From Okamejei kenojei (lineage: Eukaryota): 64,000 nucleotides of DNA. The stretch is from positions 29,264,001 through 29,328,000 of the forward strand of contig CM069157.1 in assembly GCA_035221665.1 (NCBI GenBank), given 5' to 3'. The notes under the pieces are model-generated. The model did not search any database and was not told the DNA's origin. It saw only the letters and a list, made by a program, of their open reading frames with translations. Position 1 is the stretch's first letter. Each line of letters opens with the position of its first letter. Made by a program: the position numbers and the translations under genes. Positions 25,000 to 37,077 of this stretch are shown in pieces.

Positions 25000-26800
25000 A
25001 AAAGGCCGCTGTTGTTGAGGAAGTGGAGGTGGATAGGTCCTTGATGGTCTATCCGGCTGGCGTGGTTTACAGGTAGGATACGGCTGTTGTCGTTGGTATG
25101 GGTAAACTTTAGCCGGTGGTGGTTTCATAAGGCCAACGGTCTTGGCCTCCCCGTCCATGTCTTTGACTTTTTTTCCCCCGAGATCATCCCCTGTACAGCT
25201 GATGAGGTGGTGGAGGTACGGCACAACCCTGCAAAGTTTGGGTGGAGCGTCGGCCGGATGGAGCTCTTACGGAGGCAGTTCATTTCGAACTGCGCATTGC
25301 AGAGAAGTGCCAGGGCATCCTGCTGCTCGCTGGGCACATCATCCCCATCGAGGGTCCTGGCAAATGCTGTAATGCCCGTCGATAGGAGTTTGAGGATACG
25401 CTGTAGGCGGACGTCCTGCATCTTGGTGGTAGCACTCAAATTCCCCCAAATTTGAGCATTCCCCGTGGGCACACTTATAGTGATGCAGTTGTCGGGCGGT
25501 TTGAATTCGTCCATGGTGTCAGTGACTACCTGACCCAGAAGCTGGTGAGTGGTCAGATAGTCAATGGTTCCCGCCAGTTTTCGGGCATAGCGGCAGTGTG
25601 GGTAGCTGTGGCAAATTTTCCCACGACGTCCAGCGGGTCCGCACCTAGGACTGGATCTACGGCCTCCGGCATCTCTGGTTCGACATCGAAGTCAGTATCC
25701 CGGCAGCTTCTGGTATTGCTGGCTGGAGAAGACGATGTGCTAGGCGGTCTCCTGGCATGACTTGTGGAGGCCTGAGACTGCTGTTCATCCCGGTCCATAT
25801 CCCGTTGGAGCAGTTGCTCCACCAAGCGCTCCAACCGGGCAATGCGACCGTCCCCGCTACTCGCGGCGGACAAGCCGACTTCCCAGGCTCTGCAATTTCT
25901 CCGGGGCTTCCACCAGCGGACCACACCCCCATCAGGCGTAGACTAGGGTCCAGTGGTAGGTCGCCGTGGGCAACTGCTCCTGCAGGCCCATACGACTCCC
26001 GCATGGACATTCCGCTAGTCAGCCTTCGAGCTGACTGCAGCGGTCCCCCTGCCTGGTAGGAAGGCAGTGGAGATAAGTCGGCGTCGGCCCCCGGTACCGG
26101 GCTCCCCGAAGTCCGTGCATGCTTACCTCCACTTCTGACATATATTTCCATGGAGATGCATGGTCGGCAGCTGCCAGAGCTAAGCTGGTCGAACGCCTAC
26201 TGCTGCCACCGGCGCCCTTGACTGCAGCCTGACGCGGCATTGTGTCGGCAGTACCTGCTCCTGCAGGGCTGCTCGGCACAGCGGTAGCTCTACCGGCCTG
26301 CCATACGGCAGATATCCCCGGCAGCTGTACGTGGCATGCCGCGGCTGCGGGGCTCCCTTGTAGCGGTACCCGGCTCGGCCCCCGTGGATCCTGGACCACA
26401 CGGGGTGATGCCGCCGTTGGTGTGCGAGGCACGTCCCCACGTACCTTGCTCCCCCTCGTCCTGGGAGATGGGGGAATGAGGTCAGGATCTGGGTTATCCT
26501 GCTCCAGTGCGGAAGTCCAGTCTGGAGATAAGCGGGACGCTGGTGTCACAGATTCGCCCAACTTCCGCACCTGTTCCCCCGGCCGTCCGGATGCTGCCGG
26601 TGGTTCTCGCAGCTCCGGGAAAGTGGTCGCTGGCCTGTCGGCGTCCCGCGGCTCTTGGGAAGTTATCCTTGCCCTTTCCCGTTGTCGTTGCCTTCCATCC
26701 TGCAACCAACGAAAGGTTAGTGTACTTACCTTGACTGCATTGTTGAAGGTGCTGTGGAGAGAGCGCACTCCCCCCCCCCCCCAGCTTGTCGAGAGCAAAT
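25000..26800 (-). pseudogene. DIRS gag-like ORF1 region, GC-rich, disrupted
   Basis: ORF 25125-25514 (PDNC...VP..NAQIW...QDVRLQRILKLL...DALALLCNAQFEMNCLRKSSIRP) resembles DIRS ORF1; lies upstream of RT. Confidence 0.65.
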
Positions 26801-26875
26801 GCATGTGACGATATGTCGCGCATGCGTGCTGGCGGGGTCTTCACGAAGTCACTCACGTGACTCCGAAATAAAATA

Positions 26876-26990
26876 CAGTGCATCTGTAGAAGTTGGTAAG
26901 AGTTGTTGGAGATATGCCGAACTTCCTTAGTCTCCTGAGGAAGTCGAGGCGTTGGTGTGCTTTTTGGCTATAGTTTCCATGTGTTAGGGC
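26876..26990 (-). mobile_element. Rex1/Babar-like LINE fragment interrupted by the DIRS element
   Basis: KAHQRLDFLRRLRKFGISPTTLTNFYRCTV, continuing as LNILS on the far side of the DIRS (~22250-22269). Confidence 0.75.
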
Positions 26991-29900
26991 CAGAACAAAT
27001 TGTTTTTTCCCTTTTTTTTTACTTCTATTGATCGAGCAACCATACCCAGTCTGATCTGCTGGATGTTTCATGCTCCTGCATTTTCCAACTTCTACAGTCT
27101 TTGTTCTATGTTATTTTGCCATGTTCTAACTGTTGCCATTCACTCACTGACCCAGGTTTTACACTATCAGAGATGTACTTTCTTCCCCACCCTCTCTTGT
27201 GTCCTTTCCAGCTTTGGCAAATATTGACTCTGTTTCTGTCCCACAGATGCAGCCTAACCTGCGTACTTCTAGCATTCTCTGTTTTTATTTATGTTGTTCT
27301 GTCAGGAGCATGGCATCTGAGGGGCATTTTTAAAAAAATTGAGCAATGTTTTTACTCCACAATCCTGTAAGAGGCCTTCGGTAAACCCTTACAATAAAGG
27401 AACTCTACATAGCGTATTTTGATTATAGTGGACCGAGGCTCCCGTTGCACCATGCCACCCCCTCCCCATCTGCCAGTGACCAAATGAGATGACGCCATGT
27501 GACATCTGGTTGCTGGAGCGGAAAGAGCGAACAGCATGAAGACGCCATGAGTACCAGACCCATCCCTGGCACACTGCGTTTGGGGTCGGGGGATCTGCGG
27601 ATTCCCGGGCCTATGAATTTACCGTTTGTTTTAAACCCCTCCGCCCTACCTCCCAATGCTACGTTTCCTCCCTCCTGGTCTTGGGTTAATCTTTACGTCC
27701 TTCACTCGGCTGGGAGGTGATAGGTGGGGGCAACAAAGGGCTGCAGATGATGAAGCCATCCGATAGGAAAGAATCAAATAACGGAGGCAGCGTGGGCAGA
27801 TCGGAACAGTGGGAATATGGTTGAAGGATCCCAAAACCAAGTTATCAATTGTCCATTCACTTCTCAGATGCTGCTTGACTTGCTGAGCTCCTCCAGCAGC
27901 CTGTTTATCTCTTCTTTTAGATTCCAGCATATGCAGGCGTTTGTGCCTCCATTTTAATGTTATAGTTGTTGTCACATTAGACCAACTCCTACCCAGATCT
28001 CAGCTCAATACTGGGCCCTGCTGGGTGAGGAGGTCAGTCTCTGACAAAATTAATGCAGCTTAATATTATGTCTTTTCTATATTTGTTAGAAATTAGGAGA
28101 AGGTTCAGTCCAATGTTATGACTAAATGTCTGAAGATTTTATTAAATATTCTAATAAATGTAACAAAATAATGAAAGCCATTGAAATAATTATCACAGGC
28201 ATAGGAATGTATTAGTAAGTTGTATCTTTGAACTACAGTGAAAATCACTAATTTAATTTGGTTACAAAAAGCTTTTACTGTACTTTGATTATGAAAACAT
28301 CTTCCAAGTATAGTGAGTGTTTTCTGCCCTTTATTAGCACTTATTGACGTCTGTGATGGTGGCAGAAGATAACAGTTAACAATATTTTTCGAATGTATAA
28401 GCTGTAGTCCAAAATATTGTTACGCGAGTGAAAGGATATTCTGACTAACTGTTCTCATCAAACTCCCTCTTGCCTATCTCCCCACTCAATCCCTTGCTGA
28501 CCTTATTCCAACCTATTTGCCTGCCAGCTGCCCAACTCAATTCATATTCCTTGCACCCGCCACCCCATTTCCATGGCAACTAGCCCAAGTCTACTCCCTC
28601 GCCCACCCCCCCTCGCCCCACTTCTGCAAGCTCTGTCCGTTTCTCTTCCCTCAGTAATTTAACCTCCTTATTCTTCCCCCTCTTTATTTTCCTCTACTCT
28701 CTCATGACGGGATAGATTGCTGGCGAATAACCTGAAATTATTGAAAGGGATGGTTTTTAAGCATAATGTGAATGGTGGAGAGTAGGAATGATTAGGTCAA
28801 TTGTCTCAGAGGATCACACTGCAGCTGATGGCTCTGACCGTATTATTGGGAAGATCAGGGAGATGGATAAGGGAATTTAAGATATAGAAATGGAATTGTT
28901 CACAAGGTTGCATAGAAATACTTCTTTAGCCCACTGTCCGTATTGGCCGTCAGCCGATCAGTTACATTAATCCTACATTAATCTTGCATTTTTTTTATCT
29001 TTACACTTCAGTCACCTTCCCCCTGATTCTATTGCCCACCTACACCCTTGAGGCAATTAACAATGGCTATTTATCCTGTTAACCAATACATCTTTGGCAT
29101 GTGGGGAAAAATTGGTTGAAGGGAAAAACCTTGCTCAAACTCTGCTGACAGCACCTGTGATTGGGATTAAACTGGGTCTCTGGTGCTGCGAGACAGCAGC
29201 TCTACTCTGCTACCATAGATGTGTTATGACAAATTTGTACAGTGCATGAAAATCAAGTTCTGGTGGTCGGGATGATAGAACATATAATGAGTTCCTTTTA
29301 GAGAAACGGCTTTTGCTGAACTGGAATTAAGCAATCTTGTGTTATGTGAAAGTTATGGCGTCTGAAATAGACCTGTGTTTACACAGATGTCGCACAATAA
29401 TGTCCGCAGTCATTTTCCAGGCGCAGTAATTATGCCCTTGGTTTTTGCCGTTATCTTGCTCGGTGCTCCTTGCCTTTCTCTCGTCTTTTCACACAAGGTT
29501 AAAAAATAAAGCAAATGTTAATGCCCTTAGCGGCTCATTCACGGCAGTATCTTTCTGAGAAAAGGATGTTTGTAATAGGTTTGTCTGTTAAACTGTTCAG
29601 CAATGTTCCAATATACGGTGCAAAATTTTGGCGAAACTTGTTCAGCCCAGGCTGAGGGTGATTTTGTGGTTCATTGTTGCCAGAAATAATAGGGTCATCA
29701 GTTAGTGATTATCGTGTGGAAGGAATTCCTCAATGTCTCTTTTGGGAATTATTTGAAGATTTTGGCATTAAGCCTCAACAGTACCGGAGATTTCTCAGTC
29801 ACAGATCTTCGCCTCTGCGGACTGCCAAACTTGCTCCAAGATGCAACAATTCAGCTCCATTTTCCCAACTTCGAATGTAAAACCTCACCCGGCGTTCATA

Positions 29901-30142
29901 TTGCTGTGGAGTGACCCCTGCTGGAGAGGCCATACCAACTGATATGTAGGCACTGCAGCAGTTTGCACTGTAGTGTCCCACTGGTAAAGAACAATAAATG
30001 GCCACTTCAACTGTTTTACTAGAGTGAATGCAATTATGAGGAAGCCAAAGAATATCCATGCACCGTTTTGTGTCGCCGTATATTCACTCTGCCTATGTGG
30101 ACCCTTTAATCTTCTGGTAGAGGCAGGTGAAGTAATTGATTG

Positions 30143-30440
30143 ATTGAAAGATACAGTCTGGGAACAAGTGCTTTGGCCCACCGAGCCCACACCGACCATC
30201 GATCACCTGTTCACACCAGTTCTATGTTTTTTCACTTCCTACACACCGGGGCAATTTACAGAGGCAAAATAACCTACAAACCTGCACGTCTCTGGGATAT
30301 GGGAGGAAATTGGTGCACCCAGACGAAACCTATGCAATCACAGGGAGAATGTGCAATTTCCACACAGACGGCAACCGAGGTCAGGATCGAATCTGGGTCT
30401 CTGGTGCTGTGAGGCAGCAGCACTACCAGCTGCACCACCT
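30143..30440 (-). mobile_element. tRNA-derived SINE, same family
   Basis: Reverse complement of the SINE consensus seen at 4960. Confidence 0.8.
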
Positions 30441-30850
30441 TTAATGAAAAGTCCCAGTGAAGATTTAGTGTTAAAAAATTGCACTGTGACCCAGTAGAAG
30501 ATTAAATTATAGTTGCTGCAAGGAGGAGAGCAAAATGTACAAGTTGTGTCCACAATTTCCTCTAAATCTACTGCCTTTTGAGATTTTTCCATTGGCAGTC
30601 AGACCTTAAGATTTCTGGGTCTTAAAGTTCTGTCCCTAAATGTCTTAGCTTAGCCTTCTCCTCAAAGCCATTTCTTTAAATCTACTTGGCCAAATTGTGT
30701 TGTAAAGGCTTCCCAGATCTTGTGCTCTTCCCCAACTAAAAAATGTTGATCTCGGAAGGTAAATGTTGGTCGTCTTGAGGTAAATTATTAGCAAAAAACA
30801 ACCAGCTGCGAGTACTCAGCAAAGCGATGGTCAATGTTTCTTGTCCAATA

Positions 30851-31140
30851 GAAGGTAAACAAAAGTGCTGGAGAAATTCAGCAGGTGCAGCAGCATCTAT
30901 GGAGCGAAGTTCCTGCGCACCATAGATGCTGCTGCACCCGCTGAGTTTCTCCAGCACTTTTGTCTACCTTAAATTTTCCAGTATCTGCAGTTCCTTCTTA
31001 AACAAATTTCTTGTCCAATATGCTGGTGCTGGGTCTCGACCCGAAACGTCAACCTTCCCTTTACCTCCTTAGATGTTGCCTGTCTTGCTGTATTCTTCCA
31101 GCAGTTTGTTTCTTGCTTGAGATTCCAGCTTCTGTATTTC
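30851..31140. repeat. Palindromic Penelope-derived (MER6-like) repeats
   Basis: ~50-bp inverted arms aaaagtgctggagaaattcagc...catctatgg / ccatagatgctgc...ctccagcactttt; family also seen at ~8810, 10960, 14080, 14640, 27850, 47810, 59550, 61380, 62540, 63050. Confidence 0.8.
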
Positions 31141-31271
31141 CTTGGGATAAATGATTGCATCAAAGCCATTGTATAAATGCTGGTAGTTATTGCATCAGCC
31201 ACCAGAAAATAATAAAAAGTATATTCATATTACATTCACACTGTGATCTCTCTTCTGCTTTTGTCTTGCAG

Positions 31272-32252
31272 CCCCAGGTCTCGTTCCAGGTCCTATTCTC
31301 CGACTCATAACCGGGAGAGGAATTACCCGCGAGAGTACCAGCCTCGGGAGTTCAGAGGCCACCGTGGCTACAGGCGGCCCTTCATCCAGCGTCGTGGGCG
31401 AGGCTACTATCCCCGGGGCAACTGGAACAACCGTGGGGGCTACGGCAACTACGGCAATTACAACCATTACGGCAACTACCGGCCCAACTGGCACAACTAC
31501 CGCTCGACCTACAGTCCACGGCGGGGCCGGTCCCGCTCTCGCTCTCCCAAGCGGAGGTCGGCGTCGCCAAGGTCCAGGAGCCGCTCCAGGTACACTGACA
31601 AGTCATCGTCCAGCAGGTCGGGCAGGTCATCCTCATCCAGATCCCGCTCCTCTCCTCACCGCAGTCGCTCGGCCTCGCCAAAGCGGCGGAGCAAGAAAAA
31701 TAAATCTGCCCAGAAGGAGGCGGCTGCCTCTCAGCCGCCCAGTCAGGAGCCCGAAGACCAGCAGAAGAGGTCACCCGAGGACGGGCAGGCTGGCAACGGT
31801 GGCACAGAGACTCCCACTGGTCTGCCCCCCAAACGTGGCGACTCCTGGAAAGGTCTGACTGCCTACGACGCCAGCCCCAAGCATCCCAGCCCTGCCCCGC
31901 GCTCCACGGTGGTGCTGAAGACCAGTTCTCCCGTGCATTCCAGCCCCAGCCAGCAGAGCCCTCTACAATCGAGCGTGGTCCGCCACACTTCGCCTCATGG
32001 GAGCCCCTCGCAGATGAGTCCTCAGGGCCGCAGCCCCAGCAGGCTGAATACCTCTCACCCGAGCCCTCCGTCTATCAGCTCTACAATTCGTAGCCTGCCT
32101 CGTCAAACCTCGGCCAACCACAGCCCGCCGCAGAGGAGTCCACCGCTGACCGGTCTCCCACAGGGCATTGCACAGAAAGAGGAAATGCGGCCAGGAATAT
32201 CTGGCCTATTTCCGGAGCAGCCAGGCCCAACCATCCCTTCATATCTAAAGAG
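31272..32252 (+). CDS. THRAP3: THRAP3 coding exon 2 (RS/RG/YN-rich and SP-rich region)
   Basis: Polypyrimidine tract + ttgcag acceptor; [24 protein letters not shown]...[17 protein letters not shown] matches THRAP3; ends ...SYLK + AG|GTATGT, phase 2. Confidence 0.95.
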
Positions 32253-33019
32253 GTATGTTCCAAAAAGGTTAGTATTAAGTTCTTGATTTATCTTTACTTT
32301 CCATCCCTTTTGTTTATCTTTAATTAGCCTTCTCACAAAAGTGTTTGAAAAGTTGTCACAATTGCTCCTGTAGAATTGAATAGTAGGTAAATAGCATTTC
32401 TCAATGGTGAGACTTTGTGATTTGTAGTATCTAATGAAATATCTTCCAAGGCGCAGGTTCTGTAAACCCAACTAGTGACTTGTTAACCAATTATTTAGCA
32501 ATAGAATGGCTGTGTAACCGTGGATCACGGTAGAATGATTTGTTAACACTTGCGTGTTTGAAAAGGTATGATTGACCAAGTGACTGTCTGTTTGTCCTGA
32601 AAGAATAGTTCTTCCATTATGAATTTGGCTTTCATTTTGTAGCCTTTGTAATCCAGCTAGCTTGGCAAGGCTGGCAGAAGTTCAGAAATTGACAGTTTTT
32701 TGTCTTCCATGAATGTGGTACTCCTTACTTTTAAATATTCTGTGTAATGGAGTGGGATGGTTGGTGAAGTAAGAGAGCATTCCAGAATACAACTTATTTA
32801 ATGGCCTTGAATAAGATGTAACACACATTTAAGAAATGCTTCTATTGTGCATCCTCAATCGTCATCTGAGACTGGAGGTGCCCTGTTTCCAGCAGGGCTC
32901 AGTCTTAAGCTGTTATTACAGACATCAGAAACATCTTTCAACTTAAGCTTTTGGATGTGGGATGCTCCAAGAATAAAGGATGAAAATGCATTTTGTTGTA
33001 CATGGCTCTATAACACACG

Positions 33020-33850
33020 TAGATTACGTGAAAACTGGTGGCAATGTGGATGGCGAGGAAGTTGCCGAATAGGAAGCCGAGGAAGGACTGGATGGAAAGT
33101 TGGACAGGTAATTGGCGGATGGAATTTAATCCTGACAGGTGTGAGGTGTTAGTCAATTGAGAAAGTCAAATAGAGCAGGACGGGTACAGTAAGTGGTAGA
33201 GCGCTTAAGATTGTTAAAGAACAGAGGGACCTTGACGGGTCTAGTTCACCTGAAAATGGTATGAAGGGTGGTGAAGAAGGCATGCTTGTCGTTATTGGTC
33301 AGGGTATGGCATATACCATTTGGGATGTTGCAACTTTACTAAATGCTGTACTGGGATTATTGTGTGCGGTTATGGCCGCAACACTGTAGGAAGGTGATGT
33401 TTGTGTTGGTGAGCGTGCACAGGAAATTCACCATGAAGTTGCCTGGATTGGAGGATAAAGTTTATGGGGATAGGCTGAGTTTGTTTCCCCTAGAGGAAAA
33501 TAAAAGAGTACCTCATAGAAATGTATAAAATTGAGGGGTAGTAATGGGGCAGTTATATTCTTTCTCCCATGGCGGAGGTATCAAAAACAAGCCCACGGAT
33601 ATAAGGTCAAAGGAAGATGTTTTCAAGATGATTTGAGGGAAAAGTTTTATATGGAGTAGTTTATATGAGGAACTCGCTGCCACAGGAAGTGGTGAAATCA
33701 GATATGATTAGTATGTTTAAGAGACATTTATACAGCACCTAAGTAGGCACGGCATAGAAGGACATGCAGGCAAATGGGATTAGTCTAGACGATAAGACGA
33801 TCAGCATGAATGTCTTGGGTCAAAAGGCCCATTTCTGTGCTGTGCAACTC
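33020..33850 (+). mobile_element. Decayed CR1-type LINE 3' fragment
   Basis: ggcggatggaatttaatcctgacaggtgtgaggtg (W-MEFNP-KCEV), DYCVRLW..RK..RKFTMKLPGLE, CR1-like tail. Confidence 0.8.
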
Positions 33851-34900
33851 TGACTCTGGCACATGCGGGCTTATCCTCCATTTAATGCGCTCCTAAAATG
33901 GCATGTATGAGGTGGAGGGCATGGAAACTTTGGCTTGATTTTTAGACCCATTTAACTGTGTCTCAACTTGCTATAGCTTTGCAGTTCTCAATGTTTTGCG
34001 AGGGACCGCACTCCCAAATATGCAATGTACAATGTATTTCCCCATTTATCCATTTAAAACTGCCTTTGAAAGTCTTTAAAAGAGACTGGAGCAAATCGCA
34101 AACAACTGTCATATGTTTATGGTCAGGCTGGTTCTGAGGTGCTCTTTCAATAATTGATTAAAATGGTTTCAAAGTTGGCAATATTGATTAAAATGGTTTC
34201 ACTGTCTGGCAATATCTTGTTCTAATGCAATGTGTAACTGGATTTAACCCCTGCGTTTCCCCTCAATTCTTTTTGTGCAAACGTGTCAAGAGGTTTTTTT
34301 CCATCTGTATTAGATGGCAAGGAGTAGTCCTTGAATGTTGCTGTGGGATTGTGACCTATAAGCAAGCAAAGGAAAAGTGTGCATTATTAATCTGTAACTT
34401 TGTATTACACCTTGGAAAATATGGTTGTGTTTTTAAGTGTTCTAGTTTAGCACAACTGAAACTCTGCCCCAAGTCATCGTCTTATCCTTTACTTCCTTTT
34501 TTTTAAAAACCCCAGAGCTTTTGTAACCTAATCAGCACATGATATTCTTTATTCTTTTCTGTCTTTACCTTACATTTGTGTTGGCACTTCACCTAAACAT
34601 CTTTTCGAAAAAGTACTTTAATGGATCTCAAGTTGAGGTCTTGCTCCAAGCTTGGGTAAAGACGAGACCTTTGAGATGGATCATTGCTGTAAAATCTTCC
34701 ATTTTAGCCAGAAGCTGTATGGCATGATTTCTTTTTCTCTGCATATGTTATTGGGTTTTTAAAAACAGTGAATAAAAAGCTAAAATGTTACTGAAGGATA
34801 GGGCGAATGGAAGAGAAAAGGAGCAGAAAGGAACAGATTTTTTTTTTTTAAAGAAAGCGAGAGACCAGGCCAGTGCTTACAAAAGGCTTTCTGCTTGCAG

Positions 34901-35569
34901 TGTGGTGAAAACGGAATTCCATGTGAAAAATATTCCAGAGAAGGGCAACCGTAGCAGCCAATCCCCAAAACGATTCAAGGGTGGAGTTGCAGAGGATTTT
35001 GAAAAAGTGTCGAAAGCAGAGATGCGTCACAAATTTAGTTATGATGAAGAGGAAGTGGAGGATCATACTAAAGAATACCCGTCCAAGAACCAAAAGGAAT
35101 ATGGATATGATGATGAGCCCAGGTACCGGAGCAAATTAATCGCAAGTAAAACTCAGGAGAGATATGACCAGGAAGATGAGGAGGAGGAGGAAGATGATGA
35201 GAAAGATAGGTCACGCAAACGGGAAGAAGTGAATTTCTTTAAGCAGATTGCCATCTCCAAGGAAAAGTTTAGGGAGGTGGAGAATGTGGAGGATGAGGAA
35301 ATAATACCTGAAAGATTTAAAAAAGAGGACCGCTTTCAAACAAAGAAAGTAGATGGGAACAGATACCGGGAGGTATCGCCCATGAAAACATCAAAGTATA
35401 AGTCAGGCCGAGCAGAAAGTCCTCTTCCTCCAAGGAAGAGCACTGAGGCCAAAGAGCAGGAAGATGTCACTGCTCTGGAGGAGAGCTCCTCAGTGCTCAA
35501 ACCAACTCATCGTCCGACAGAGGTGACACTGAAAATGGATTCCTTGCAGTTTGGCGATGATGTTCTCGG
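34901..35569 (+). CDS. THRAP3: THRAP3 coding exon 3 (acidic/basic central region); 5' boundary uncertain (34901 or 34802)
   Basis: EKGNRSSQSPKRF...YDDEPRYRSKLI...VTLKMDS resembles THRAP3 EKPFRGSQSPKRY...FDDEPKFMSKVI...VKMDS; phase-2 acceptor ctttctgcttgcag ends 34900; donor GG|GTAAGA after 35569. Confidence 0.85.
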
Positions 35570-36904
35570 GTAAGAATTGGATTGTGTTTCATGTTTATTT
35601 CGTCATGGAGGTTTATGTGGTTTCTCTGCGGCTAATTCTGTAATGATTCAAATACTTTTTCTTCTATCTCCCCACCCCACCCTGAAATAGTATATTAAAC
35701 ATGTTAGGTGGGATTCTACATTTGTGTGGGGCTAAGGCCATTTAGTAATTTGTGGTTGCTTTAGAGAGCTGGTTGTAAGAACTTAATAGAACTTAATGCT
35801 CGTCATACATCCCTTTGAAACTGCACTATCATTCCATACAATGATGGTGATCTGATCATCGGCATCAGCTCTACTTTGCCACTTCATCCCCATTCCCCTG
35901 ATTAGTCTGAAAAAATCTACCTGTCTCAGTTGCGAATGTATTTTGTATTTCATCATCTGCTGCTCTCTTGGGTGCAGAGTTCTAAAAAAGTCACTATCCT
36001 CCGAGAGGGAAACTTGTCTCCAGTCTCAGTTGGGTGACCCTTTAATTCAAGACCATGTCTCATAGTTCCTGATTTCTCACTACTTCAATCTGTTGCAGTG
36101 AAGTAAAATTCTTAAAAAATATTCTGTAATCTTGATTCCGCTTTGTGTAATTTCCAACTGAAATTTGTTACTTGCATAAAATTTAAACAACACATTGGTT
36201 CCATCTGATAGATTGGTAAAAAATTGGGCATACATTATAGATCTCAGGGGTGCCGGGGTTATGGGAACATGGCAGGAGGATGGGGTTAGGAGAGATAGCC
36301 ATGATTGAATAATAGAGTGGATGATAGGCTGAAAAGCGTGATTTTGCTCCTATGATGTCTGCTAATTGTGTAACAGGCCACTAAAACATTGGCCTTGAGG
36401 CCCTCTGCTGCCTTATTGAAGCTTGATTCAGTGACCCAATAATTCTTTTGCATTGTTGTTCATATACCCTCATTTACTCTTTAGGATTTTTCCCCATCCT
36501 TCCCTGCCTCCATTTGATAATATGCCCAGATCATGTGCAATTGCTGTATTTTATGCTGTGGAGAGCATCAGCTATTTCTTGACTTTGAAAGCAATTTATC
36601 AGAGTGAGCAACAAGTTAAAATGTTTCTCTCCCATGCTTTTTCCCATGCTGCCACAACACCTCCATCACCATGGACTGGAAAATGATAGATTATCTATAT
36701 TTAAATTATTCAGTATCTTCATTATCTAAACTTTAACAAACCTGGTGACTTATCTTTGAGATATTGATGCATGATGGTGATCAGAAAAATGTTCCATGAT
36801 AGAATGAATGATGTCCTTGCTGTACTGAATACATTGAGTGACAGTTAGAGCATTGCATTGGAAGAGCCGACTTTCATGAGCAACTCTTTGTGTCATCCTT
36901 CCAG

Positions 36905-37077
36905 CTCTGCCAACGTCCTGACCCATGAACGACGGCTCTGTCGTGACCTTGTTCACAAACCCAAAAAAGATCAAGAGTTCCGTTCCATCTTCCAACATAT
37001 TCAGATGGCCCAGACTCGCCGTAGCCCTTCAGAACTGTTTGCTCAGCACATTGTGACATTGGTTCACCACGTGAAAG
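36905..37077 (+). CDS. THRAP3: THRAP3 coding exon 4 (conserved THRAP3/BCLAF1 block)
   Basis: ccttccag acceptor; [50 protein letters not shown]; donor G|GTAAGA, phase 1. Confidence 0.96.

Larger units (their letters stand above)
22266..26875 (-). mobile_element. DIRS1-like tyrosine-recombinase retrotransposon, both termini present, ORFs disrupted
   Basis: Order gag-like, RT, RNase H, MT, YR on the - strand; internal complementary region 22487-22597 is the exact reverse complement of both termini (22266-22342 and 26838-26875). Confidence 0.95.

Noticed and set aside
26242-26808. 188-aa + strand ORF and other long overlapping ORFs at 25000-26900
   Set aside because: Antisense shadows of the GC-rich DIRS gag region
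36768-36830. Possible intronic C/D snoRNA about 77 nt upstream of an acceptor
   Set aside because: C box mismatched (ATGATGG), C-to-D distance under 60 nt, no convincing terminal stem
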